The position numbers and the translations under genes are program-made. DNA of 64,000 bases. Source: Vicugna vicugna (Eukaryota). Each line of letters begins with the position of its first letter. Within the stretch, counting starts at the first letter, position 1. The stretch is from NCBI GenBank assembly GCA_013265495.1, contig MU058198.1:4975779-5039778 (forward strand), written 5' to 3'. A model generated the notes under the pieces. That model was not told the origin of the DNA. It searched no databases and saw nothing but the letters and a program-made list of their open reading frames with translations. Below are positions 36,922-49,334 of this stretch, one piece after another.

Positions 36922-37475
36922 TGTGGTTATTTTTGCTGCATAACAAACCACCTCCACATTTAGTGGCTTAAATGATAACCATCAGATTTTTGTTTCTGCA
37001 AATTGAGCAGAGTATGGTTAGGGAGACTTTGATGTACGTGGCATCAGCTGAGTGGGCTCACTGCGGCTGGAGGATCTGCTTCTGCGATGGTCTCACTCAC
37101 AAGGCTGGGAAACCAGTGCTGGCTCTTGGTGGGAGCGGGGCTCGAGCAGGATGGCGCCCTTCCACGTGGCTGGCATTGGCTTCTCCTAGCACCGCGATCT
37201 CAGGGTCATCAGGCCTCTTACACCGCATGGCTGACTTCCCCCGAAGCACAAAAGCAGAAGCTGCCAGGCCTTCTTAACATCCGAGCTCAGATGTCCCAGA
37301 ATGTCACTTCTGCCACGTTCTGTGGGTCAGAGCAGTCGGTCAGATGGCCAGCTCCAAGTCAAGGGGCAAATCAGTGGGCTCCACCTCTTGGTGGGGGAGT
37401 GACAAGATCACGTTGCCGAAGAGCCCACAGAACAGGCACTGTGGCTGCTGCCATCTTTGAAAATAGAATCTATTG
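36922..37475 (-). mobile_element. MaLR solo LTR (MLT1H-like)
   Basis: TTGCTGCATAACAAACCACC...TAGTGGCTTAAA...CACTTCTGCCACGTTCT...GCCATCTTTGAAAA. Confidence 0.85.
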
Positions 37476-37704
37476 TGAGAACCCAGAGACAGGGCTCCTG
37501 TCTGGGGAGGGGGAGCCAGGACCTTAAAAAATAAGCATCATGATGGAGAGTGGAAAACATACAATACTGGGGCTCCACCCAGCTCTGATGTGACTCTGTG
37601 GGATTCATAGTCATTGTTTCTCAGGCACTACGTTTCTTCTAAATAAAATAAATGAGAGGAGCTCTCATTCTCTGGTCCAGAAGACTACTAGAATAGGTCC
37701 CATG

Positions 37705-37886
37705 TACCATATGATCCAGCAGTCCCACTCCTGGGCATGTATTTGGAGAAAACTCTAATTCAAAAAGATACATGCACCCCAATGTTCATAGCAGCAGTAT
37801 TTACAATAGCCAAGATATGGAAGCAACCTAAATGTTCATCGACAGCTGACTGGATAAAGAAGGTGTGGTGTATGTATGTATGTGAT

Positions 37887-37918
<32 letters not shown>

Positions 37919-38196
37919 AAACAGACTTACAGACATAGAAAACAAACTTACAGTTGGGGGGATAATTAGAAGTTTGGGATTAGCAGATACAAACTACTGA
38001 ATATAAAGTAGATAAATAATAAGGACCTACTATATAGCACAGGGAACTATATTCAATAGCTTGTAATAACCTATAATGAAAGAGAATATGAAAAAGAAAT
38101 ATATATGTGTGTGTACAATGGTGCTGTACACCGGAAGCTAGCACAACACTATAAATCAACTATACTTCAGAAAATTGTTTTGAATTCTTAAAAAAA
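37705..38196 (+). mobile_element. Lineage-specific L1 3' end with internal deletion
   Basis: ORF 37737-37919 reads KDTCTPMFIAAVFTIAKIWKQPKC (L1 ORF2 C-terminus); degenerate TSD AGAATAGGTCCCATG/AGAATATGCCCCAGG. Confidence 0.92.
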
Positions 38197-39914
38197 AGAA
38201 TATGCCCCAGGGTCTATTAGACTATTAGAAAAAACCCTGGGAGAATCGTGCTTTGAATTGTTTGAGGTGAATTCTGAAGGTCTGAGTCCCAAGCTCCTCT
38301 TGGCTACAGACATGCCCTGTGGTCTTGGCCCAGGGATGTTATCTATCAGCGCTGAAGCCTCCAGGTCTTACAAAGGGGACCCCTTCAGTAACATTGTCAT
38401 TCGGGAGTTGAAAATGAGATAATAAGTGTTAAAAATAACACAAACAAAATAAATAAAATGTTAAAAATCAGAGATGCGTTAACTCCCTTGCTCAGCCCGA
38501 CACTCCTCCCCAGGTGCTCCGGAGGGGCAGGGAATAGAGGAAACTTCGTCCAAGGGGACTCGGGTAAGGATTGCTCACTGGGTTTAATCCTCAAATCCAC
38601 CGCTGAGAATTCACATGAAAGAATTAAGCTGTCTGGCCTGTCCTTTTCTCCTCGTTCCCACTGCTGCCTCTTCCTGTAGTCCACAAGATAGGGACTTTAA
38701 CACGCAGAAGGGCAACTAGGAGAGGACTGGCCTCGGAACAGTCGCTGGGACAGGTGACTGCATCTTCCATCTTCCGCAAGGTTGGAAGAAAGAGAAGACC
38801 CAATCTCTTGAGCTAATCTATTAGTGCATATACGGTAACCACACCCACTTGCAAATATGCCATATAGTGGGTATCTTAGGGTCGGTCAAACGCTTATTCT
38901 GTCTACTTGGGCACCAGGAGCATGTTGAATGGTGATAAGAAGTGAGTAGGATGAGGAGGCTTCTGCCCCCCCAAGCCAGCCATGATGTGGGCATGCTCAT
39001 CATGTCTTTGGTGTGTGTGATCTCGGTGTGCTGTGCTTTGCTGGTAGTAATATTCCTTCTGTCTCTACTCATGTGGTTTATCCTTTCCTCCTTTTCCAAA
39101 ACATTCATTGAACACTTACTCTGTCCTATACTTTTGAAAGACAAGGGGCCCACAGAATGAAACCACTGTGTTTCCTGCCTGCAAGGAATAATGAAAATTA
39201 GAATGAATAATAATTACACAGACTATATTTCTTACCTAGAGGAACGGGCAATATATCTGTGCATACTCCAGCTTACTCTAATTCAAACCTCGGAGTCCAA
39301 AGCATTATTTTATTGAATTAGCACAGCAACCTGGTGAGATAAATTTCTGTTATTAGAAAGGAATAAATTGATGCCACTGATTATGTGGCTTATGTCTGGT
39401 CACACAGGAGTAAATGAAAGAGTTAGACGACGAAGTCATTTTCCCTGACTTAAAAAGTTCGTGCCATTTTCTTTCTGTACCACCTCCTCGCTCCCAATTA
39501 TATAGGCATCTTTTCTCTGTAAACTGTGAAACAGGTCTGCAAGGTACGATGGTGGTGTTGCTATTTTGAAAATAAAACTCGTTAGGCTTGAGACAGTTTG
39601 CAGGGTTATTGGTCATTGATTCTCTCTCTTTAGCCCGATGTGATTGTAGTGTGTGATTATAAAAAGAAGGGAATTACAGACAAACAGTTCTCTAACATGC
39701 TCAATACCCTCTTCAGTATAATTTCTGGTGGAGGTAGCTCTCCTGTACACCCAGGGAGGACAAAAGGTAGAACATCGTGGATTTCAGTCCCTAATATGGA
39801 AATCACTTTAACTGTTGGAACAAGTACAAGATGATATCCATCTTGGAAAATGAGATGAGAACTACAAAAAATATGAACGGGGTGAGACAAAAAAAAAAAA
39901 AAGAGAAATAACAC

Positions 39915-40530
39915 AGATTTTAGAGCTCAAGAGAGCTGGGTCTAATCTCAGCTCTACCCCTCACTGAGTTTTGACCTTAGACTTATTACTTATCCTTTTT
40001 TTGCCTCAGTGTTCTCATCTGTAAAGTGGGCATGAATGTAAAGTCTCCATCTGTTTTCCTCAGAGTAATTAATTAGCTTCCATAAAAAATCAAGCCCAAA
40101 CGTCAGTGCCTACCTGCAATCTGCATTTCTTCCTCCTACAAACTGATGAGGGTCTCGCGTGTTTCCAGGATGGCTCCCCTCTAGGCAGTCACTCAGGGAT
40201 CCAGTGTGTCCCTCGTTTGGCTCCACCACTCTGGAATCCTCAGCCTTGAAATCCAGCCTTGAAAACATGGAAGAGGCAAGATGGACCCTGAGCACGTCAG
40301 CCTGGAGTGACACACAGTGGTCCTGCTCCATTTAGAGTAAGGTGCATGGCTGACCAAGCCCAGGCAGGCTGGGAGAGGCAGAGGTGTCTTTGGTGAACGC
40401 TAAGAATCTCTCCCACGCTATCTCATAGGGTTGCCGTGACTACATCAGTTAACACGCGTACCATCACTTAGCACAATGTCCAGCACACAAAACACACTCC
40501 ATAAACACTGAGACTACAGCTACAATTACT
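39915..40530 (+). mobile_element. MIR SINE split by an LTR
   Basis: 5' half ends GCCTCAGTGTTCTCATCTGTAAAGTGGG; 3' half begins CTCATAGGGTTGCCGTGA...CACTTAGCACAATG. Confidence 0.7.
40060..40415 (-). mobile_element. Old MaLR/ERVL LTR (MLT1J- or LTR33-like)
   Basis: CACTCAGGGATCCAG...TGGCTCCACC...GGAGTGACACACA...GGCTGGGAGA. Confidence 0.55.
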
Positions 40531-41648
40531 CCTCCTCCTCCCACCTGAGATGCAGGGGGAAAGTGCCATCATACTAAAATGAGAGAAATTCTGGGGCAGC
40601 AGTAGCAACAGGAATAAAAATCAAGTGTGGTGTAGAAAGCAAAGGCAGACTTCTGAACAAATACAAAATCCCTTACTCGATGTTACCCTGGCGTCACCCC
40701 CTACACCTCAAATTGCAAGCAGAGAGATGCAGTGAGACCTGAATCTTCAACATCCAGATTTTGCTCATAAACTGTGAAGCAATAGCCTTCATGCCAGGCT
40801 GACCACGTCTACCCTTCCTTGACCAGCGCGGATTCCTCATGCTCCTGCTGGCTGAGTGTCCATACTGCAGGGATCACCTTCTCCACCAGCTTCTGGATTT
40901 TCTAGCCCCTCCTTAATTAGTGTCTTAGATTGACTATCTAAAGTGCTTCCCTGTGGAACAATCTTGGCATGTATGGCCCTGGAGTATTGGGCATAGTCCC
41001 ACCATATTCCGAAAAAAGAAACCTCAGCCAGTTATAGGTACAGCTAGACGTGGGACTCGCCCTTCTGACTTCCCACTCAGAGCTGCTTTTACTGTGTCTG
41101 CCTGGCCTGTGAATTTCCCGTTCCCAGACAGACCAAACATCTTCAGTGATTCTGACACAACAGCATGTACTCCCGTAGGGATTTCATCAGCATTTTATTC
41201 TCAGAACCATCAAAGAATTTAGTGCTGTAATGCTGGAGGCAAACGTCCTTCCGTTTTAGCTCGACATCCTTGTCCTCTGCAGACCTGAGGTCTTTTGGCT
41301 GAGTCGGGACGGCTGTGCTGGGGATCTTCTGACTAGTGGGAGGGGAGGGGCTGGTGCGGTGACTTGGTGTGCTTTGCGGGCTGGATTTAACACTGCTCTT
41401 GAAAAAGGACCATTCAACAGAACAAGATTAAAGAACATTGAAAAACAGAATGTCCCGGATTCCCTCATCATAAAAATGTATACAGCAGTGGGTACTCACC
41501 ATGTAATACTGTTTAAGTGCTCAGTACATTTCAGTCAATATAACGTCTCACAGCAACCCATTTTGTTGTCCCATTTTGTTGGGGAGGAAACTGAGGCATA
41601 TTGAAATACCTGTCCAAAGTCCCACAGCCAGGAATTGGTAGAGTGAGG

Positions 41649-42435
41649 TTTTTTTTAAAAAAATTTTTATTAAAGCATCATTGGTTTACAAGATTAGTTT
41701 CAGGTATACAGCAGAGTGATTCATATACATACACACGTATTGTTTTTTCTTTTCAGATTCTTTTCCATTATATATTATTGCAAGAAATTGAATAGATCCT
41801 TGTTGTTTATCTACTTTATATATAGTAACATGTGTTTGTTACTCCCCGGCCCCTAAGTTATCCCTCCCCTGCCCTTTCCCCTTTGATAACTGTAGTTTGT
41901 TTTCTATGTTTGTGAGTCTGTTTTGGGTTTGTAAATAGAACTTGTCTTTTTTTTTTTAGATTCCACATGATCTGTGATATTTGTCTTTCTCTGTCTGACT
42001 TCACTCAATATGATAATCTCCAGGTCCATCCATGTTGCAGCAAATGGTATTATTTCATTCTTTTTTATGGCTGAGTAGTATTCCATTGTGTGTGTGTGTG
42101 TGTGTGTGTGTGGATGGATAGATAGACAGACAGAAAGACAGACAGACAGACAGACTGACTGACCACAGCGTCTTTATCCAGTCATCTGTTGATGGGCATT
42201 TAGATTGTTTTCATGCCTTGGCTATCGTAAATAGTGCTGCTGTGAACATTGAGGTGCATGTGTCTTTTCAAATTACAGTTTTCTCCAGATCTATGCCCAG
42301 GGCTGAGATGGCTGGATCATATGGTAACTCTATTTTTAGTTTTTTAAGGAAACTCCATACTGACCTCCCCAGTGGCTGCACCAGTTTACATCCCCACCAA
42401 GAGTGCACAGGGGTCCCTTTTCCCCCCACACCCTC
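41649..42435 (-). mobile_element. Lineage-specific L1 3' end inserted in a MIR
   Basis: ORF 41904-42086 [30 protein letters not shown] is the L1 ORF2 C-terminus; MIR halves lie at about 41475-41648 and 42440-42500. Confidence 0.93.
42087..42162. repeat. (TG)n followed by GATG/GATA/GACA/GACT tetranucleotide tract
   Basis: Read directly from the sequence; lies inside the L1. Confidence 0.9.
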
Positions 42436-42739
42436 GTGCTGGAGAGATTTTGATCACGGCAGGCAAGCTAAGCTGTTCCAGAGCCTGTTCTCTTAATCCC
42501 TCAAGTTCTGCCACTCAGTAAAGGATAATTAATCAGGGCAATGCTTCTTGTATATTCCTTTTCCAGTTTCAGCCCAGAAGTAGATGTTTCCCCATCAGTT
42601 CAATGGTGGGGTACACATCACCTTATTTCCTGTAATTTTACGTAACATTAGCTTATCAGCATCACTTCGTGTTGCCAGTTATCTTGATGATAGGGTATAA
42701 TATTATATGATGCTCCATATATACCACTTTACTTAACCA

Positions 42740-43030
42740 TTTATTCATTTTCTCTCATTTATTCCACAAACATTTATAGGTAGCTACTATGCGCCAGGCA
42801 ATAGGCTGAGCACCTAGAGACATAAAAACGAATTGGGCAGAATCTCTGTTCTAAAGACATTTCCAGGTTAATGGGAAACATTGTAACAGGTAAAAGATGA
42901 TGGTGAGTTCTGCCGGAGCAATGCACACCAAGTATTCTGTGTATGAAAGGAGTTGGGGAACTGGACGTGGGAGAACCCCAACCCTGTGGGTGCAGGAGGC
43001 TGGGTCCTTTTAGAGGAGATGCGGCAGAGG
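42740..43030 (-). mobile_element. L2 3' end
   Basis: CAAACATTTATAGGTAGCTACTATGCGCCAGGCA. Confidence 0.7.
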
Positions 43031-43529
43031 GAGTGGGCTACCGACTTCAGCATCCCGGATCCTTCGCAAGGCAAGTCCACACATAAAATCCATGAGTGGA
43101 CGCGCTCTGCTGTCTCCGGGGCCAGATTCGTTCCACACGGTGATATTAGCAGTCGGGACAGGGAGTGTGAATTCCTGATTTGGGATGTTTCATACCCAAG
43201 AGTTATTGAGTCCCCAGGCTTGTCCATTTCCTTCTCTGGACCTGTGAGCCCCACCGCTGTCTTCTGCAAAGCTCTCCCTTACAAGTCCTTTCCTGTTTAT
43301 CATGCCTGTGTCTTCAAATATCTTGTTAACCAAAACATTTCCTTCTCACTGGCCGTGTCACGCTCACCTATCTATACCGACTGGAGGCATTTTATTCTTA
43401 ACCCCGGATCACAATGAGCAAGATATTTACAAATACACTCGATTGCAGCATCATGCCATTTTACATCCAGGACTCTGCACAAGTACTTCTCCTGTACAGG
43501 CTATTTAGTTTAACTTTGTATCCTTCTTT

Positions 43530-43750
43530 TGAAAAGCGCTGACTGTTCTAAATGTTCTTTGCAGTGTTTCCCATTGAATCTTCACAGCCATCCATTAAGA
43601 TAGCAGGGTTATTATACTTGTTTTACAGAGGAAGCAGCCGAGGCCCAGGGAAGTTCAGGGACGTGTTCAAGGTCGCATGACCAGAGCTGGGGATTTGAAC
43701 TCATACAGTTGTGACTTCAGTGCCCGCACGCATAACCACTATGCTGTATG
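43530..43750 (-). mobile_element. MIR SINE
   Basis: TTTTACAGAGGAAG...AAGGTCGCA...GGGATTTGAACTCA...TAACCACTATGCT. Confidence 0.8.
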
Positions 43751-44407
43751 TGCCTCTCGCTGTGCGATGTTGTTATAGTCCTTCCCCATCAGAAGGCTGC
43801 TGGGACCAGTATATTTCTCAGGAATAAGCCCAAGAAACCATCCTCTGACTCCTGGCAGGGCTGCATGAAGCGACCATGGCCCGCATGAAGCGATTGTCAG
43901 CATCAAGCCTCCTCCTTAGAGAGGTTTAAGCCTCCTTAGAGACTGTGTCTCAGATTCCCACCTATAGGCTTGCAGCTGGGATGCTCTGTGGCCTGCCCCT
44001 GGATTCTCTGTCTCCTCAGGTAGCTTGAGCTCCTGCAGGTATGGGCCACCAGCTCCTGCAGGTATGGGTCGGCTTTTGACTAGGGAGGGACTGACCACGT
44101 GATGGGTATCTCCAAGTAGCAGTGAAATTATATATATGGTAGAAGCGAGAATTACATACTGTCCTCCATTTTTGCTCTGGGAAGGTGGGTACCTTGGTGA
44201 CAGGGAGATGGTCTTGCAACACACGTCCTTGCCTGGTTCTGCCTGAATGGGCAGTGCACAGGGGGCTATGCTCGGAGCATGTTCCACAGAGCCGTGTAAA
44301 AGGAGAAGCTCATGGGGCCTCCAATTCTGAGATGGAGTGGCTGGCAGACCCAGGAGGCAGACAGTGCCCTACCTGACTTTCATGGGCCTATTCAGAATCC
44401 TCTTGAG

Positions 44408-44595
44408 CGGTGATTCCTGAATGTGATTCTCAGATCTGCAGCATCAGCATTGCCTAGGAGCTTGCTCGAAACGCAACTTTCGGGCACCTCCCCAGATCTA
44501 CACAGTCAGAAATGCTAGGGATGGGCCCCAGAAATCTGAGCTCTAACCAGTCTTCCAGGTGATTCTGGTGCCAGTTCAAGTGTGAGGACTTCTGG
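44408..44595 (+). mobile_element. MER5A hAT-Charlie element
   Basis: GCAGCATCAGCAT...TCAGAAATGCTAGGGATGGGCCCCAGAAATCTG...TCCAGGTGATTCTG. Confidence 0.85.
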
Positions 44596-45619
44596 TCCAG
44601 AGCAGGAAATGTATTTTCCAATTCTTATATTAAAATCAGAAATTTAAAATAGCTAATTTCGATAATATGAATCATACTCCAGCCTTTCAGAAAAGTTAGG
44701 AATTGCAAAAGGAAAATTTACGGAAACATTTAAGACTCACCAGTCTTCTCTGTCAGCAGGAAGTAACCTTTATTAGTATTCCTCTTTAGACTGTTCTCCA
44801 TGCAGATCATAAGGGTGTCACCTGTTTGCCTTAATTTCAATGAGTTAATCTGAGAATCACCTCCTGGACCCAAGGGAGAAGAGGAAGAAGATAAGGTTGA
44901 GACATCTGACCCAGGGACGGATGGAGTCAGGGGCCCCGGGGTGGGGAGTTTGCGGCTAAGAGCTTCTGTGCCTGCCTCGGGGGAGGCTTAGGGCCCGGCA
45001 GGGCTGGCCGAGCTGCCCTAGAGGCAGTGACCCTCAGCCGCTCTCATCTGTCTGTGAATATGGTACCCGCCTTAGCATCCCTGTTAGAGGTGACAAGATT
45101 TATGTCAGCTCAGAAATCACCCCAACCATCAAAATAGGTGAAGGGCTGTCAGAGGGAAGAGGGATTAATCTCTCAGTTTACACGAAGTGGGAGGCTGTTT
45201 CAGGGGAGGGAAGGAGAGGGATGGAGGCTGGATGGGACAGATGGGGTAAGCAAGAGCCCGGGCAATCTGAGACCTGCTGTCCCTGAGGGTGAGTTGCAGA
45301 CGGACAATGTGTGAGCAGGTGGGGCCTGCAGGTGTATTCTCAGCGCCAACAATTAAAATCAGAAAATTTCCCCTCAAATCTGGAAAAGCAAGACCTCTGG
45401 AAACATAGAAGGCATCTCCTCTACAGGCTTTGGGCATAGGCGATGGACCGGGGTGGGGCAGGGTGCCCTTAGATGAGGCATGAACGCTCCAATTAACCCC
45501 AGTCCCCATCACCTCCACTCATTCACTGAGGTTGAGTGACAGGTGTCAGTTACTTCGTTTGTGTTCCTTTACTGTTCTGCCCATAGCGTCCTTCCTGTAT
45601 TCATGTGAGTGACAAATCG

Positions 45620-45870
45620 TGGGATGTAGTATGTAAGAGTGCGGGTTCTAGATCCCAATGATTGGGGTCCAGATTCTGCCCCTCACTGGCCGTGTGACTT
45701 CGGATTTGTTATTTAACCTCTCTGTGCATTGTACGTCCTCCACTTTAAAATGCATAAAACAAGGTGGCTATGAGGAATGAATGGGCGAATACAAGTCAGA
45801 GGCAGAGAGCAGTGTCTGGTCGTTAGTCGCAATGCAGCGAAGGCTCAAACAATGACGACTAGTAATCCTG
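45620..45870 (+). mobile_element. MIR SINE
   Basis: TAAGAGTGCGGGTTCTAGA...GTGTGACTT...TATTTAACCTCTCTGTGC. Confidence 0.75.
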
Positions 45871-46165
45871 TTACTCCTGCCAGTCGTCATTTACGTCATA
45901 AACCTGCCACACTGATACCTGAATTATTAACTACTGATTTACAGCTTTTCTCGGGCTCCCGTGCCATGGCCCCCAAAGTCTTTGGAACACAAAACTTGGG
46001 GGCAAGTTCCTGTCTGGAATAGATACTTTGTTCCTTGAGATAGGGAGTGTTCTGGCCATACGGAGGATTCTACCCGAATTTGTTAAAAAAAACGATGCGA
46101 TGTGGCTGGTGGGGGCGCCACAATCTACTTGGACAGAACTGGTGGGAGTGGTGGTATGGTCGGGG

Positions 46166-46185
46166 GTGTGTGTGTGTGTGTGTGT
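46166..46185. repeat. (GT)n microsatellite
   Basis: Read directly from the sequence. Confidence 0.9.
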
Positions 46186-46209
46186 AAAAGTGCTTTGCAA
46201 AGCAGTCAG

Positions 46210-46430
46210 TGGGCGTCACAGCATTGCGGCCAAGAGCCTCAGCTGTAGAGCTGGATGGCTTTCATTTCGTTCGAGATCCTGTTCTTCCTAGCTGTGACCT
46301 GGGGCAAGTCCTTGTGCCTCTCTGGGTGTCAGTTTTCTCCTCCTTAACCTGAGGGCGATGGTAATTTACCAGCTCCAGTTCACCTTGAATGTGGGAATAT
46401 GTGTGTGAGAGGCTGACGCACAGCAGATAC
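46210..46430 (+). mobile_element. MIR SINE
   Basis: CTAGCTGTGACCTGGGGCAAGTCC...TCTCTGGGTGTCAGTTTTCTC. Confidence 0.7.
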
Positions 46431-46834
46431 AGTGGTCTCCTGCCCTTTCCTTCCTTTTCCTAAGGGAAAATGAAAGTTGCCGTAGCATGCACTTGAACTT
46501 GAGCTAGCCATGTGCGGAGAAGGAGCAGGCGGTCCCCATTTCAGATCCTGGGAAGATGAGCTGATTATTCGGTGTGAGCACTATCATGCTCACATGCTCT
46601 GAGATGAGGCCCCTGTGTTGAGTCTTCCCGGAGCAGTGCTCCATCCTAAACCCCACCACAAACAGAGGTGCTGCCCCCAGTGCCTAGAACAGTGCCTGTA
46701 CCGTCAGGCTTTGTGGCCGGAATGAATACCCAGACAGTACCCCTACCATCAGCAACAGACCGGGATGAGACTGTCTCCTTCTACATATGAACCCGTCTCC
46801 GCTCCCCCAGCCGTTCATGCAGCAGGCAGGAGTG

Positions 46835-47040
46835 GAAGGACAGGCGGGCAAGTGGCCTTTGGAGTCTGAAGCCGTGGATTCAGAAGTTGGGCCCTCTGCA
46901 GCTCTGGGCAGGCCCATGTTACCTGCCTGAGCCTCAGTTTCCCCACTGCAGAATGGAAATGGTGCCATCAAACTGTTGGGGGGATTAAACATGATTTCAA
47001 GACAAGGCCTGGAATGTAACAGGTGCTCAATAAATGTTCA
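46835..47040 (+). mobile_element. MIR SINE
   Basis: CTGAGCCTCAGTTTCCCCACTGCAGAATGG...GGTGCTCAATAAATGTT. Confidence 0.75.
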
Positions 47041-47679
47041 TTTCCTTTTCCCCTTCCTCTGGTGGTTTTAGAGTGAAGGGAGGGTTTTGGCCTTTGAACG
47101 ATCATTTGTGTATGAATTAGCTATTAAAGAAGCTCATGGTTGAATATATCCATATGCTAATTATCATAAACCATTTCATCCGTCCATCCATCCATCACTT
47201 TTTTTTTCCTTTAACTTATTCACTCATTCATTCCTCTAAGAAGGGCACCCTTTTTAGGAGTACCCTTCATATGTCAAGCCACTGTGAGGCACTGGGGATA
47301 CAGAAATCAGTAGCACCAGATACTTCACTTGAGGACATTGCAATCTTTAGAGAGAGAAAGGAAATAGTTACCTCTAATATATGTGACTGGACAAGGTGAT
47401 ACTTCTGTTAGAAGCTTGCTCCAAGCTCACAGCTGTTGCATAATTGCATCATTTCTCGATTCGTGCAGTCTGTTTCCATGCCTTGTTCACGTCCCTTCCA
47501 CCCAAACGTCACCTTCACGAAGACGAAGACACTTGCAGAGGCTAGCCTTGGGCTGATGGTGCAATCTGATGAGGTTAATAGTGAGAGCACTCTCAGGGGT
47601 GAGCAACAGGCCCCTTCAGTCAGGGAAGGGAGAAAGTTGTCCAATTGTTCATTCCTGCTTTCATCCCCTGTTGTTATTA

Positions 47680-48530
47680 TTATAGCATCATGGTCAAGAG
47701 TGAAGGTTCTAGAGCCAGACTCCCTAGGTCCAAATCCTGGCTTTGCTACTTACTGGCTACATAGTTTCCATGAAATTCCTGAGCCATCCTGGGCCTTGGT
47801 TTACTCAGCTACAGATTAGGGTAATGAGAGTACCTAAGTGGTTGTATTAGCTAGCTATCGCTGTGTAACAAATTAGCCCAAAACTTAGTGGCTTGAAAGG
47901 ACAGCATTTATCATCTCACAGTTTCTGTAGGTCAAGAATCTGAGCATGGCACACCTGAGTTCTCTGACTCTGGGCTTCTCTCAAGGCTACCATCAAGGTA
48001 AGAACTGGAGCTACAGTTACTTTAAGGCTGAAGGTAGGTAGCTTCCAAGCTTACTCCAGAGGGTACTGTCAGGACAATTCCTTGAGGGTGGTGTGATCTG
48101 GGTTCCAGGTCTCAGTTATTCCTGGGCTGTTGGCCAGAGACTTCCCTTGGTCCCTTGCCACATGAACCTCTGTGTAAGGCAGCTCACAACATGTCAGCTT
48201 GGTTCAGCGGAGAGAGCAAGTGAGAGGACAAGAGAAAAAACAGTGCCAGCAAGACTGACCTCCTAGTCTTCCATAACCTAATCTCAGACGTGACATCCCA
48301 TCACTCTTGTGTATTCTGTACAATGGGAGTTAGTCTCCTGGTCCAGCTCACACTCAGGGGAGGGGATTATACAAGGTGTGAATGCCAGGATGGGGGGGCT
48401 CTTGGGAGCCCTGTCTGAAGGTGCCCACCCCAGTGTTTGTGAGGATGAAGTGAGTCATGCATATAAAGTACTTAGACGAGTGTCAGGGACAGAGTTCACA
48501 CTGAAAAACTCTTGGTGATTATTATTACAA
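47680..48530 (+). mobile_element. MIR SINE split by an MLT1 LTR
   Basis: Halves rejoin as ...GTACCTAAGTGGT | TGTGAGGATGAAGTGAG... Confidence 0.75.
47843..48432 (-). mobile_element. MaLR solo LTR (MLT1F-like), full length
   Basis: TGTATTAG...GTGTAACAAATTAGCCCAAAACTTAGTGGCTT...GGGAGGGGATTATACAAGGTGTGAATGCCAGGA...CA; 5-bp TSD GTGGT/GTGTT. Confidence 0.88.
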
Positions 48531-49305
48531 TATTATTATTTATGTTGTATTTTTTGAGTAACTATTTATTATGTTTCCTATCACATCAAAGTCACCGTCT
48601 TGTTTGCTACTGGGAATTATCAGGGGGAGAACTGGGAGCAGAAGAATTGTAAGTGGGTCCTTTCTCAAAGAGCTCCTGGTGTACTGGGTGAGGGAAGTTC
48701 ATTTAAGAAGTAAAGACCACGGAGTAGAAAATGACTGTTGTACTGTCAGGGGAGGGCAGAGCTGCAGCGCTCAAGGCCCTGGATGTGCACAGGGATTAGC
48801 AGTTGTTCAGTTTGGCTGCAAAGCAGGACACTTGAAGGTTAGAAAATTAGGTGAGTGCCAGACTGTGACAGGAGTCCCTCTCCTATGAAGTTGGAAGCCA
48901 AGGAAGGATTTTTAAGCCAAGGAAGGTCCTAGACATAGGTGGATGGCCCAGAAAGGAGGGGACAAGACAGGAGATTCTGAATCCACCTCCTAAAGTCCAG
49001 AAAAAAGATTATCTTTCTTGCTCAAGAGAGTCTAACAGATGAAAATCCAGTGCAAGAAATGCAACTATTTCTCCTGCAAGAGCCTTCTCCAAAGGTGCCC
49101 ATGAGGGAGAGCGCCATCTTCTTCCTCCCAGTCTGACTGCTGCTTGGCTGCTGGAAAGTAGTCCCAAGAACCTGGGGCTGATATTCAGTCTGAACCTAGT
49201 GTCTAGTTCTGTGATCTTGGAGTTGTCAGTCAACCTTCTGCACTTCAATTTCGTCATCTGAAATTGGGATGATTTTGCTGACCTTGGATACTTTGACAGT
49301 TACTT

Positions 49306-49334
49306 ACACACACACACACACGCACGCACACACA
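49306..49334. repeat. (CA)n microsatellite
   Basis: Read directly from the sequence. Confidence 0.85.

Noticed and set aside
37087..37527. 146-aa ORF
   Set aside because: Lies almost entirely within an MLT1H-like LTR
41904..42086. ORFs with real protein similarity (also 4108-4290, 37737-37919, 59838-60167)
   Set aside because: These are remnants of the L1 ORF2 C-terminus in 5'-truncated copies, not genes
42953..43417. 154-aa and overlapping 133-aa ORFs
   Set aside because: They span L2 and old L1 debris and show no protein similarity that I recognise
44925..45030. CpG island, G-quadruplex promoter or CTCF site
   Set aside because: Only about 100 bp, irregular G-runs, and the CTCF-like CCCTAGAGGCAG is one base short of the core
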